Source of the DNA: Scyliorhinus canicula | Taxonomy: Eukaryota | DNA: 64,000 nt | Reading direction: 5' to 3' | NCBI RefSeq assembly: GCF_902713615.1 | Contig: NC_052158.1 | Span: forward strand, 43,921,159 to 43,985,158 | Shown: in pieces, positions 39,840 to 51,900 of the stretch | Position numbering within the stretch: the stretch's first letter is position 1 | How the letters are laid out: each line of letters begins with the position of its first letter | Notes under the pieces: generated by a model | Database searches by the model: none | Told to the model about the DNA's origin: nothing | The model's input: the letters and a program-made list of their open reading frames with translations, nothing else | Program-made: the position numbers and the translations under genes

Positions 39840-42465
39840 AGGAACCTCTGGTGGCAACATGTAGGTGGAGGTCAGATGTTGGGTGGCTCCTGCTAGGGTC
39901 TTTGTTTTATGGGTCTTTATGCCTGGTCTCAGGAGTACATTTTGGATGAGCAGGTGTGGGAAGTTCTAAGGAGTTGGTGAAATGTCGAAGTTTCAGAAAA
40001 AAGGTCAGGGAAGGAAGGGGGCGAGTGAAAGTCCACCAGCAAATGTTGCTGTGAGTCCAACAGGAGGAAAGATGGTGGTCGGGTGGGGCCACTTCCATTA
40101 TGGGCGGCACAGTAGCACAGTGGTTGCTTCACAGCACCAGGGTCCTGGGTTCTATTCCCGCCTTGGTCACTGTCTATGTGGAGTCTGCATGTTCTCCCCG
40201 TGTCTGCATGGATTTCCTCCCACAAGTCCCGAAAGACGTACTGCTGGGGGAATTGGACATTCTAAATTCTCCCTCAGTGTACCTGAATAGGAGCTGGAGT
40301 GTGGCAATTAGGGGATTTTCACAGTAACTTCATTGCTTCAGTGTTAATGTAAGCCTACTTGTGACAATAAAGATTATTATTTTTATTATTATTAACGCTG
40401 ACAGGGGCAGCACAGTGGTGCAGTGGGTTAGCACTGCTGCTTCATGGCGCCGAGGTCCCAGGTTCGATCCCGGCTCTGGGTCACTGTCCGTGTGGAATTT
40501 GTACATTCTCCCTGTGTTTGCGTGGGTTTCGCCCCCACAACCCAAAGATGTGCAAGGTAGGTGGATTGGCCGGGTTAAATTGCCCCTTAATTGGAAAAAA
40601 AAAATAATTGGGTACACAAAATTTTTTTTTTAAATTATCGCTGACAGGTTGGGTGCAAGCAATTAAGATAAATGTATTGCCATAGTTTTTGTTCATTTTT
40701 CAGTGCCGGCCGATCTTTTTATCAAAGGCTTTTTTAAGGAAGTAGAAAAGATGATTACATTATTTATTTGGAGGGGGTAAGATGGCTAGGATTAAGAAGG
40801 TGCTGTTGGAGAGAGGACGGCAGTCAGGGGGGTTGGTCTCCCAAATTTATAGTGTTATTGCTGGGTGGCGAATGCTGAGAAAGTACGGGACTGGGTTAGA
40901 GGGGGTACTCCCAGTGGGTTAGAATGGAGGAGAGTCTATTCAGGGGATCGGGGTTGAGGGCATTGGCAACAGTGCCACTCCTGATGGCCCCAGGGAAATA
41001 CTCAGGGAGTCCGGTGGTAGTGGCAATGCTCAAGATCTGGAGGCACTTTGGGTTGTGGGCGGGGTCAACTGTATCAGGCCCAAACCCGTGCATGAAGTTG
41101 ACACATCCACCCTCCGTAGCACCTCACATCACAACCCCTCCTCCATGCCCTCCCCCAATACTTCCTCCCACTTTGCCTTAATCCCATCCATTGATACCTT
41201 TTCTTCTTCCAGAATAATCCCATAAATCGCTGACACTACTCCTTTCTCCAATCCCCCCGCCGTCAATATCTTTTCTTATTAGCGGGGTCAAGGGAATTAT
41301 CGATTTGAACCAGGGAGGTGGGTTGGGAATTTTCGGAGATGGGAGTTAGGGTATTAAAGGATTTGTTTCTGGGAGGACGGTTTGAGAAGTTGGAGAAGCT
41401 GCGGCGGGGGTGGGGGGGGAGGGAGTGGAATGTGGGTAGGGGCAGGGGGAGATGTTTAGGTATATGCAGGTCCAAAATTTTGCCAAGGAGGAGATACAGA
41501 GCTTTCCGATGGCACCTGCCCCCACACTGTTAGAAAAGATATTGACGACAGGGGGATTGGAGAAAGGGGTGGTGTCAGTGATTTATGGGGTTATTCTGGG
41601 AGAAGAAAAGGTATCACTGATGGGATTAAGACAAAGTGGGAGGAAGAGTTAGAGGAGGGCATGGAGGAGCGGTTGTGGTGTGTGGTGCTACGGAGGGTGG
41701 ATGCGTCAACTTTGTGCGCAAGGTTGGGGCTGATACAGTTGAAGATGGTATACAGTATAGGGCGCACCTCACAAGGGTGAGGATGAGCAGACTTTTTGAG
41801 GGGGTGGAGGATTTTTGTGAACACTATTGGAGGGTTGCAGGGTGGGGGGCACAAATCACGTTCATATGTTTTGGTCCTGCCTAAAACAGGAGGGGTATTG
41901 GAGGGGGGGTCTTTCAGGTAATCTCAAAGGTGGTGCACGTGAGACTCGAATCAGGCCATCTAGAAGCCATATTTGGGGTGTCGGATCTGCCGGGGTTGGA
42001 AGTGTGTGCAGAGGCAGATATCTTAGCCTTCACTTTGCTAATTGGCTGAAGGCGGATTCTGTGGGGTGGAGGTTGACTTCTCCGCCCTGTGCCTCGCCGT
42101 AGCGGGTGGACCTGCTTGAGAAAGTGAAGTTCCACGGGCAGCACGGTGGCACAGTGGGTTAACCCTGCTGCCTCACGGCACTGAGGTCCCAGGTTCGATC
42201 CTGGCTCTGGGTCACTGTCCGTGCTGAGTTTTCACATTCTCCCCGTATTTGCGTGGGTTTCGCCCCACAGCCCAAAACATGTGCAGGCTAGGTGGATTGA
42301 TCATGCTAAATTGCCCCTTAATTGGAAAAATTTAATTGGGTACTCTAAATTTATAAAATAAAAAAGAAGAAAGTAAAGTTCCAGCTGAGGGGGAGGATGG
42401 AAGCGTTCTATAACTCATGGGCCTTGTCCGTCATGCATTTTCATGAATTGGATGATATCGAACAT

Positions 42466-42505
<40 letters not shown>

Positions 42506-42712
42506 CGGCGGGGTGGAATGTATAAATTAATGATGATTCTTTTTCATTGGTGATTTGTATTCAAAATGTTGGGAGCTGTTTGAGGGTGGGTCGGATGAGG
42601 GGATTGTTGGCTCGGGGATTGCCATTGTATTTGTTGCTTTTGTTAATTGTTTGTTGTTGTAAATATGATAAACGTGAAAAAGGAAGTGAATAAAAATATT
42701 GTATTAAAAAAG
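39840..42712 (+). mobile_element. L1-clade LINE: probable 5' end, two tandem SINEs (40102-40395, 40404-40630), then ORF2 C-terminal part and 3' UTR; SINE at 42137-42365
   Basis: VQAIK.NVLP at 40655, HVHMFWSC, AATAAA at 42689. Confidence 0.75.
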
Positions 42713-42817
42713 TGCAGGCCTGATGAACAATCATCTCCCGTTGGCTCTCTCAATCCAATGAGGTGCCATCTACACTGAAGCAAAACTGCAATTGCCTCTT
42801 GCGAGCAAACACAAAGC

Positions 42818-42935
42818 TTTTTTTTAAATTTAGAGGACCCAAATATTGTTTTCCAATTAAGGGGCAATTTAGTGTGGCCAATCCAGCTAACCTGCACATC
42901 TTTGGGTGAAACCCATGCAGACACAGGGAGAGCAA
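42818..42935 (-). mobile_element. SINE 3' fragment
   Basis: Consensus tail; TSD gcaaacac(a/g)aagct. Confidence 0.75.
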
Positions 42936-43348
42936 ACACGAAGCTAAATTAAATAAAATAACCTTCTACCAAAGTCTTTGATTCCGTAACCCATATGAAT
43001 AATTAACAATGCTAATGGATACAATTGTCCCCTCTCCAGACTCATGAGGTGCAAGAAGAAACTCCCAAATTCACTCAGTTTCTTTAATCTAGAAACTCAA
43101 CATCGTTTAAATAATTTATTGAACTGTATGTAGATCTTTTGGCTCCATTTCAAACTTAAGTTGACCTTCCAACATTTAATACTTTCACACCGCTACCCTT
43201 CATCATGTAAGAGAAACATAGGTTAGCTTTTTACAGTAACCAACCCCAAGCTTGTTCAAATTAAATTTACATCAGAACCATTACCAGTTTCTCAAAGATA
43301 TGCTTCCATTTATAGGCTGTTAATACAATAATTCCTGAAACTAAAAGT

Positions 43349-44095
43349 TATATTCTAAAACATATGAATTATGTTAGGATACCGGACCAAGCCCCAATTT
43401 TTGTTAGAAAACCAGACGAGAACCCCAAACATTTTGCTATTTGTAAAACTATGAGGAAAGGATACTTCACCCCAGGAGTGATGATTCTAACCAATACTTT
43501 ATTTTATGCTAATACAAACTTTAATTTAAACACAGAATTAACCACATTAACATCAAATAAATCATTTTAAAATTTACAGTTAAACAGTTCTAAAATAAAA
43601 ATAAAAACGTTAGCTTACTATCTACACCTACCACTATATATATTCCAACCAAGCAACCCAATAGAGTTCAAAATCCACTCATAAATAAAGTTAACAATCA
43701 AGGTTACTTGCTGTTCTCTGTGCAGATCTTTGGAGAGACCTTTTCAGGAACAACCTGAAAATCCTTCTGTCTTGTCAGACTCAAAGCCCAAGGCAAAACT
43801 ACAGCAGACCTGGCTCCTTCCATTAATTACATCATCTGTATCCCACCAAGATGTCCCATGACCTGTTTAGCTCGGACAAAACATGATCCCTCATTAATTA
43901 TCTGCACCACAGGGAATCTCCAAAAACATAAACAATATCCCATTAGCCATCTCTCTGTTACCAAGTAAATAGTTAAAATCAATGCTTTGCTCACTTTGAT
44001 GATTCATTAATCACAGCTTTAGCAGACATACTGTGTATAGTTTTTAATAACATTACTGAAACAAAATATAAAATATATTTCCTACATTCATCACA
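43349..44095 (-). mobile_element. Solo LTR related to the Gmr1-like LTR; TSD AAGT
   Basis: Shares aaaact.tgaggaaaggatacttcac, cctggctcct.ccattaa and attcatcaca end with 13144-14434. Confidence 0.75.
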
Positions 44096-44627
44096 AAGTT
44101 TCTTTAAAATCTCTGCTTTGGTCTGGCTCCCAATTCTGATGGTCAGAAATGACACCGAACGTTAGTGGCACAGGATGGAGCTTGTTTCCTTCATACAAAC
44201 ACATGCAGAATGGAAGAGATCGAGATATGTTACAGAGTGGACAACGACACTGCAGTCATCTACAAACTGTAGACCATGTGTATCTGTGGTAGTCAGTTTA
44301 GCTTTGCCAAGGTGGTGACTGACTCATAAGGAACCCGGACCATTCCAGAGCATTAAGTATGTACAATTTGTGGGCAGGTAGATGTTTGCATAGGCAAATT
44401 TGGCAATTTCTTTGTGTGTTAGAAACCCACAATGCAGTTCATGACATTCTTTCCTTTCTGTTCAGTATTGGTTTCAACCACTTTATTAAATAATTTTTTC
44501 TGAATAATTAAAAAGGAATACCATTGAGATGGTATTTAGTACTCACACCAGAAGGCATTTGAACTTTGATGAGGTGAATAGTTATTCCCAGGCATATTGT
44601 AAATAGAAAGGGAGCTATCACACAGCC

Positions 44628-44940
44628 TTATTTGACACCAGTCTGGATTTTGAAGACTTCTGTTTCAGATATCCCACTCAAGACAGTTACAGTCATATCA
44701 TCATGAAGCAATTGCAGGATTGGAATGATGTTTCTTGGACATCCAGACCTTTGGAGCACCGTCCACAGAACCTCGTGTTTTACTGAGTCAGATGCTTTTG
44801 TCACATCGATGAAAATAATGAAGAGTCCCTGGTGTTGTTCTTGATATTTTTCTTGGATTTGTCTGGCAGCGTGTACCATATTGGAGGTTGCTCTGGAAAG
44901 TCTAAAACAAATCAAAGTTCGAAGGGATGTCTGCATCACT
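44628..44940 (-). mobile_element. RTE (BovB-like) LINE RT fragment
   Basis: ARQIQEK..EQ...LFIIFID.TKA.DSV...LW.VL.R.GCP...LHDDM...TGVK. Confidence 0.8.
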
Positions 44941-45299
44941 CAATCCATGTGGGGTATGATACCTACTGGACAGATCATCGATATTTTTATCGGTGATGAA
45001 TATCCACCCAGCAGCAAGTCATCACAAGACCCAAATGTCCAAGAGAAAGATCAATGTCTCAGCCCTAAAACAGCCCGTCAGAAGGAATTCTAGGTGCAGT
45101 TGACGACCGATCTTCACGCATCCAACTCAATTCCTGAACAGTGGGTCAGACACTGCTGAGACAGACAGTGCTTTGGAAGGACAGCTACCCTGTATGAGCA
45201 CTAAAAGGTAAACAACACAGACAACTCTCAGTGTCAGGAAAGTAGGTGAGCCAGCTTCAAGTCATGTAGAGATGTTGGTGTTTGGAGAAAGAGGAAGAG

Positions 45300-47210
45300 T
45301 GGGTGAAATAACATCACACTGGAAGGGTTTGTCTCCAGTATTGGTACACTGACGTTTCAGGAGGTCCGATCACTGTGTGATGGCTTTATTACAGAACTCA
45401 GACCATTAAGGTTTCTCCCCTGTGTGACTGTTGATGAACCAGGAGATAAGTTGTGAGACAGTCTCATCAAGACGCCTCACTCCTAAATGGCTTCCTTCAC
45501 TGAAGCTTTATTGTCAATCTCACACTAAGGGTTATTTCATTGTGTGATTCCTCTGATGGAGCAAGAGGTACATTGGCTCAAAGAACAATTTTTCACACAC
45601 CTCACACTTGCAGTTTCTTCTGTGTGAATTCACTGGTATCTCTGGAGATTCGATGTCAAGGAGAATGATTTCTCACACATCCTTCATGCGAATGGTTTCT
45701 TCCTGGTGTGTATGCATTGGTGTACACGGAGGGCTGAAGACCATATGAATGATTTGTCATACACTTTGCACGTAAATGGTGTCTCCCCTGTGTGAATGCA
45801 TTGGTGTGCGTGGAGGGTCGCTGATTCCGTGAAAGATTCATCATATACTACCTTGCACATGAATAGTTTCTCCTCTGTGTGGACTGTCTGATGAACCAGG
45901 ACACTTTGTGAAGGCTTTGTCACACACCACGCACTTGAACGGTTTCTCACCAGTATGAATGCGTCGGTGTTGCACAAGTGTTGATGATTGTGTGAAGGAT
46001 TTTTTACATACCTCACATGTGAATGGTTTCTCACGAGTATGAATGCGTTGGTGTTGCACAAGTGTTGATGGCCGTGTGAAGGATTGGTCACACATCTCAC
46101 ACTTAAAGGGCTTCACCCCTGTGTGAATCCTCTGATGCCTCAGGAGATCAGAGGATTGAGGGAAAGCCATCTCACAAACATCACATCTGAAGGGTTGTTC
46201 CCCGGTGTGATTCCTTTGGTGTTTCAGGAGGCTCCAAGATGCCGTATAAGCTTTATTGCAAACCTCACATTTGAAGGGTTTCTCCCCTGTGTGAATTCTC
46301 TGGTGTATCAGGAGGCTGAAAGACCTCACAAAAGTTTTACTGCAAACCTCACACTTGAAGTATTTCTCTCCTGTGTGGATTGCCTGATGTCGCTGGAGAA
46401 TCCTTAACTGTGTGAAGGATTTATCACACACCTCATACTTGGTTGTTTGCTCCCCTGTGTGAATGCTTTGGTGTGAACGGAGATTCATTAACCACAAGAA
46501 TGACTTCTCACGCACCTTGCACGTGAATGGTTTCTCCCCAGTGTGAATGCGTTGGTGCTCCCGCAGAGTTGACGAAAGCAAGAAGGATGTGTCACACATA
46601 TCACACGTGAATGGTTTCTCCCCAGTGTGAATATGTTGCTGTCTGCAGAGGTGCGATGACTCAGAGAATGATTTGTTGCACACTTTGCATATGAATGGTT
46701 TCTCGCCTGGGTGAATGCTTGATGTTTGTGGAGAATCGATGTATCCGAGAACGATTTGTTACATACTTTGCAGGTGAATGGTTTCTACCCTGTGTGAAGA
46801 CGGTGAATGAGGAGTTGTATTGATATGGACAATGATTTGCAACATAACTCACAGGAGAATGATGTCTCCCCTGTGTGAATGTGTTGGTGTGCACGGAGGC
46901 TCGTCAGTTGTGAGAATGATTTGCTGCACACGTTGCAAGGGAATTGTTATTCTCCTGTGTGAATGCGTTGGTGTGCACGGAGGGTTGATGGCACCGAGAA
47001 TGATTTATTGCACAGTTCACACGAGAATGGTTTCTCCCCTGTGTGAATGCGATGGTGGATGCGGAGATTCCATGACTTTGAGAATGATTTGCCACATTCT
47101 TTGCACATGAAAAACTTTTCACCTGCGTATATGAGTTGGTCATTCGCGAGCACTGACGACTGTACGCAGGTTTGGTCACACACCTCACTCTTGAATGGTT
47201 TATCATCCAT
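45300..47210 (-). pseudogene. C2H2 zinc-finger gene 3, about 20 fingers, several frameshifts
   Basis: ORFs 46947-47210, 45841-46683 and 45684-46100 in different frames, with TGEKPF linkers and lost ligands. Confidence 0.85.
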
Positions 47211-48503
47211 CTAATTCTGCAGTTAGGCCTTGGGTGATGGTCAGAATCTATCTGTGGTGTCTATCCTCTCTGTATTCTCTTTGGTGGTACAGTACCAATC
47301 CTTCTGTAAAACAAAAACAAAACATGATTTCCTTTAACTCTGACTCCTCAGTTAAGAATGAAATGAAAAAATGAAATGAAAATCACTTATTGTCACAAGT
47401 AGGCTTCAAATGAAGTAACTGTGAAAAGCCCTGAGTCGCCACATTCTGCCGTCTGTTCAGGGAGAATGGTACAGGAATTGAACCGTGCTGCTGGCCTGCC
47501 TTGGTCTGCTTTCAAAGCCAGTGATTTAGCCCTGTGCTAAACCAGCCTCTCCTGTTCTACAGTGAATACCAGTCTGCTTTGCCCTGTGTGGGGAATCACT
47601 TACAAGTCCTTTCTTTTCGCTCACTTGATTGTCACACACTGTCTGTTTCTAGCAACAGACAATGTGGCTACTTTATTTCCTCCACCCAGACCCCCATTTT
47701 CCCAGGCACCAAGAGGGCAATGGAAACAAGACAGGCATGTAAAATGGGCTTTCAATTCACTGTGAACTTGCGATGCGCTGGTGAAAACCAATTTTACCCT
47801 TAAGAATATGTGTTTAATATAAATAAAACACTCAGGAGAAATGTTAATTCAATGAAGATTTTGAAACTTTTCCCTTGATTTTCCCAATTATTTAAAGAAA
47901 ATATACTGGGCAGGAAGTGCAAAAAGCGAAGGAAAATATTGCTCCAGTGCAGCTGATTGAAGGGTTCTGGTTTATCCTGGGAAATTAGATACACTGCACT
48001 CACGCAGACTGCACATCCCCAATTCAGCTCTCAGACACAGCACTGGGCTAAACAATCAAATCCAAGCCCAGCCTTTTGGGAAAGGCCGAGGCCTTCAGGT
48101 AAAATCTTGACAGAAGACATTTAACTAAATGTGTCTCTGCCCCTCCCAGGGGCCAAGGCCTTCAGGTAAAATCTTTAAAGACATAAAAATACGTTTCATC
48201 CCTCTGCCCCTCCCAGATATGATGTGGAGATGCCGGCGTTGGACTGGGGTGAGCACAGTAAGAAGTCTGACAACACCAGGTTATAGTCCAACAGGTTTGT
48301 TTCAAACACTAGCATTCGGAGCACTGCTCCGAGGAAGGAGCAGTACTCCGAAAGCTAGTATTTGAAACAAACTTCCCAGATAATTACACCTCACCTCATA
48401 TTCAGCAATGACCCATCAACAAAACTCAGCCTGTAAATCAGAAGGGAAATGCTTCCAATAAACACCCTCAATATCCAACACACAGCCAATCAAACAGCTC
48501 AGC
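47211..48503 (-). repeat. Inverted paralogous copy of ZNF gene 2 intron/5' exon region (33267-34175)
   Basis: Long near-identical blocks, e.g. 33267-33570 vs rc of 47970-48500. Confidence 0.9.
48220..48373. mobile_element. Penelope-derived fold-back mini-element; TSD tcccagata
   Basis: pLTR plus tail on - strand; inverted arms 48295-48330 and 48337-48372; empty site in paralogue at ~33390. Confidence 0.85.
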
Positions 48504-48830
48504 TCTCTGATTGACGGCTCTCGCAGTCAATCAAGTAGAGAGCAATCTGTTGTCCCACCCATAATGTGCATGTCAACCATTCTGCGTAGCCAGTCACGTA
48601 GGAGGCAGTGGGGCCTCGCTGGCTCTGTGCTCCGCCTAGTTCTGCGCCGATGCTTTCTAGACTGACTTTCACCCGTCGGAATGACATTATTCATGTTGCA
48701 TGTGGGCCCGGAGCCTGCGCAGTGAGGAGCGGCAGTATGGATATGGGGAGACCCAGCCCCCGGTGCCTGATGGGAGGTGTAGTTCTGCCGCGCGCAGAGG
48801 GAGTTAGCGCCCAGTGTTCGGGAGTTGGAA
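48504..48830. promoter_or_regulatory. CpG-containing segment, possible promoter/first exon of ZNF gene 3
   Basis: Locally retained CpGs, gcctgcgcagtg motif, upstream of the minus-strand gene. Confidence 0.3.
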
Positions 48831-48976
48831 TGTGAGGAAGCACGAGGCCAAGAGTCAGAATCAAATTGAAAAGCAGTGATTGACCCTTGGGAGGAACCAG
48901 AGTGATGGCGGTGGGAAGATTCACCATTGCAGCAGATTCTCTGCGTACAACTGAAGAGGAAAAAGTGCCACAAGTC

Positions 48977-51900
48977 TGATGTGACCATCAATTCAATCGA
49001 GACAAGAGTTGAAATAAACTGTGGCTTTAATCAACTAGAACAGTGCCTGCCTGCAACTGATCTAACACTGAGAGCCGCCTACAGGTCGACTGCTCTTTAT
49101 ACCTCCCTTGAAGGGGAGGAGCCATGGGCGGAGCCCATACAGGCCCCAACATGTTACCTCATGGATAATACCAAACAATGGCCCATAGGTGGAGCCCACA
49201 AGGGCAACAGCATAGCACAGATACAAATGGTGGATTATTAATGTAATACATTCAACACATTCACCCCCTGTTAAAAAAATGAAGTCCGGCAGGGGTGATG
49301 GGTTCATAAGTTCAGCCGGTCCGGTGCATGGATTGTGCACTGTGATCGCCGAAGCTCTGGCATTGTTGCTGGTCCGGGTGTTGAACGCGTCCGTGCTGGC
49401 ATCGGTAGTGAGGGCACTGGTGCGGGTACAGACGTGGACTCTGGGAGCTTCTCTTCTAGAGCTTCATTCCTGTGGATCGGTGAAGGGGGAATGGCGCGTG
49501 GGAGGGGGTGCGGGAGCCATACAGGGGCCGGGCGCTGGTCATGGTAGGTTGGGCGTGATAGGGTGGCGGTGGAACCGCCGGGTGCCAGGTCCCGGAGGGA
49601 GACCGTATCCTGTCGGCCATCGGAGTGTTTGATGTATGCGTACTGGGAGTTGGAGTGTAGGATCTGGACCCTCTCTACCAGGGGGTCGGACTTATGGCTC
49701 CTGACGTGCTTTCTGAGCAGGACGGGCCCCGGTGTCTTCAGCCAGGACGGAAGCGAGGCCCCTGAGGTGGATCTCCTGGGGAAAACAAATAGGCAGTCAT
49801 GAGGGGTCTCATTTGTGGCCGTTCAAAGTAAGGACCTAAGAGAGTGCAGCGCATCAGGGAGGACCTCCTGCCAGTGAGGAACTGGGAGATTCCTAGACCG
49901 TTTCAGTCGGTGATTACTTTGGGAATAGCGATCACAATTCCGTAAGTTTAGAATACTCATGGACAAGGGCAAGAGTGGTCCGAAAGGAAGAGTGCTAAAT
50001 TGGGGAAAGGCAGAGTATAATAAAATTCGGCAGGAGCTAAGGAATGTGGATTGGGAGCAGCTGTTTAAGGGTAAATCCACATTTGAAATGTGGGAGTCTT
50101 TTAAGGAAAGGTTGATTAGAGTGCAGGACAGACATGTTCCTGTGAAAATGAGAGACAGAAATGGCAAGATTAGGGAACCATGGATGATGGGTGAAATTGT
50201 GAGACTAGCTAAGATGAAAAAGGAAGCATTCATAAGATCGAGGCAACTCAAAACTGATGAAGCTTTGGAGGAATATTGAGAAAGTAGGACGAATCTCAAA
50301 CGCGCACTAAAGAGAGCTAAAAGGGGTCATGAAATATCTTTGGCTAACAGGGTTAAGGAAAATCCCAAAGCTTTTTATTCGTATATAAGGAGCAAGAGGG
50401 TAACTAGAGAAAGGATTGGCTCACTCAAAGACAAAAGAGGGAATTTATGCGTGGACTCAGAGGAACTGGGTGAGATTCGTAATGAGTACTTTGCATCGGT
50501 ATTCACAAAGGAGAGGGACAAGATGGATGTTGAGGCTAGGGATGGATGTTTAAATACTCTAGGTCAAGTTGTCATACGGAAGGGGGAAATTTGGCGTATT
50601 CTAAAAGACATTAAGGTGGACAAGTCCCCAGGACCGGATGGGATCTATCCCAGGTTACTGAGGGAAGCGAGGGTCGAAATAGCTGGGGCCTTAACAGATA
50701 TCTTTGCAGCATCCTTGAGCAAGGGTGAGGTCCTGGAGGACTGGAGAATTGCTAATGTTGTCCCTTTGTTTAAGAAGGGTAGCAGGGAAAATCCAGGGAA
50801 TTATAGACCTGTGAGCTTGACGTCAGTGGTAGGCAAACTGTTGGAGAAGATATTGAGGGATAGGATCTATTCACATATGGAAGAAAATAGACTTATCTGT
50901 GATAGGCAGCATGGTTTTGTGCAGGGAAGGTCATGTCTTACAAACCTAATAGAATTCTTTGAGGAAGTGACAAAGTTAATTGATGAGGGTAGGGCTGTAG
51001 ATGTCATATACATGGACTTTAGTAAGCCGTTTGATAAGGTTTCCCATGGCAGATTGATGGAAAAAGTGAAGTCGTATGGGGTTCAGGGTGTACTAGCTAG
51101 ATGAATAAAGAACTGGCTGGGTAACAGGAGACAGGGAGTAGTGGTGGAAGGGAGTGTCTCCAAATGGAGAAGGGTGACTAGTGGTGTTCCACAGGGATCC
51201 GTGCTCGGACCACTGTTGTTTGTGATCTACATAAATGACCTGGAGGAAGGTATAGGTGGTCTGATTAGCAAGTTTGCAGATGATACTAAGATTGGTGGAG
51301 TTGCAGATAGCGAGGAGGACTGTCAGAGAATACAACAAAATATAGATAGATTAGAGAGTTGGGCAGAGAAATGGCAGATGGAGTTCAATCCAGGCAAATG
51401 CGAGGTGATGCATTTTGGAAGATCAAATTCAAGAGTGGACTATATGGTCAATGGAAGGGTCCTGGGGAAAATTGATGTACAGAGAGATCTGGGAGTTCAG
51501 GTCCATTGTACCCTGAAGGTGGCAACGCAGGTTGATAGAGTGGTCAAGAAGGCATACAGCATGCTTGCCTTCATCGGACGGGGTATTGAGTACAAGAGTC
51601 GGCAGGTCATGTTACAGTTGTATAGGACTTTAGTTAGGCCACATTTGGAATACTGCATGCAGTTCTGGTCGCCACATTACCAGAAGGATGTGGATGCTTT
51701 GGAGAGGGTGCAGAGGAGGTTCACCAGGATGTTGCCTGGTATGGAGGGAGCTAGCGATGAAGAAAGGTTGAGTAGATTAGGATTGTTTTCATTGGAAAGA
51801 CGGAGGTTGAGGGGGGGACCTGATTGAGGTCTACAAAATTATGAGAGGTATGGACAGGGTGGATAGCAACAAGCTTTTTTCAAGAGTGGGGGTGTCAGTT

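Noticed and set aside
42465-42506. Very long G/C homopolymers (also 11620, 21628, 26284)
   Set aside because: Slippage tracts inside L1/SINE/MITE copies; lengths are unreliable in assemblies.
34522-47210. 84-bp periodic repeats resembling a CRISPR-like array
   Set aside because: C2H2 linker periodicity in eukaryotic DNA.
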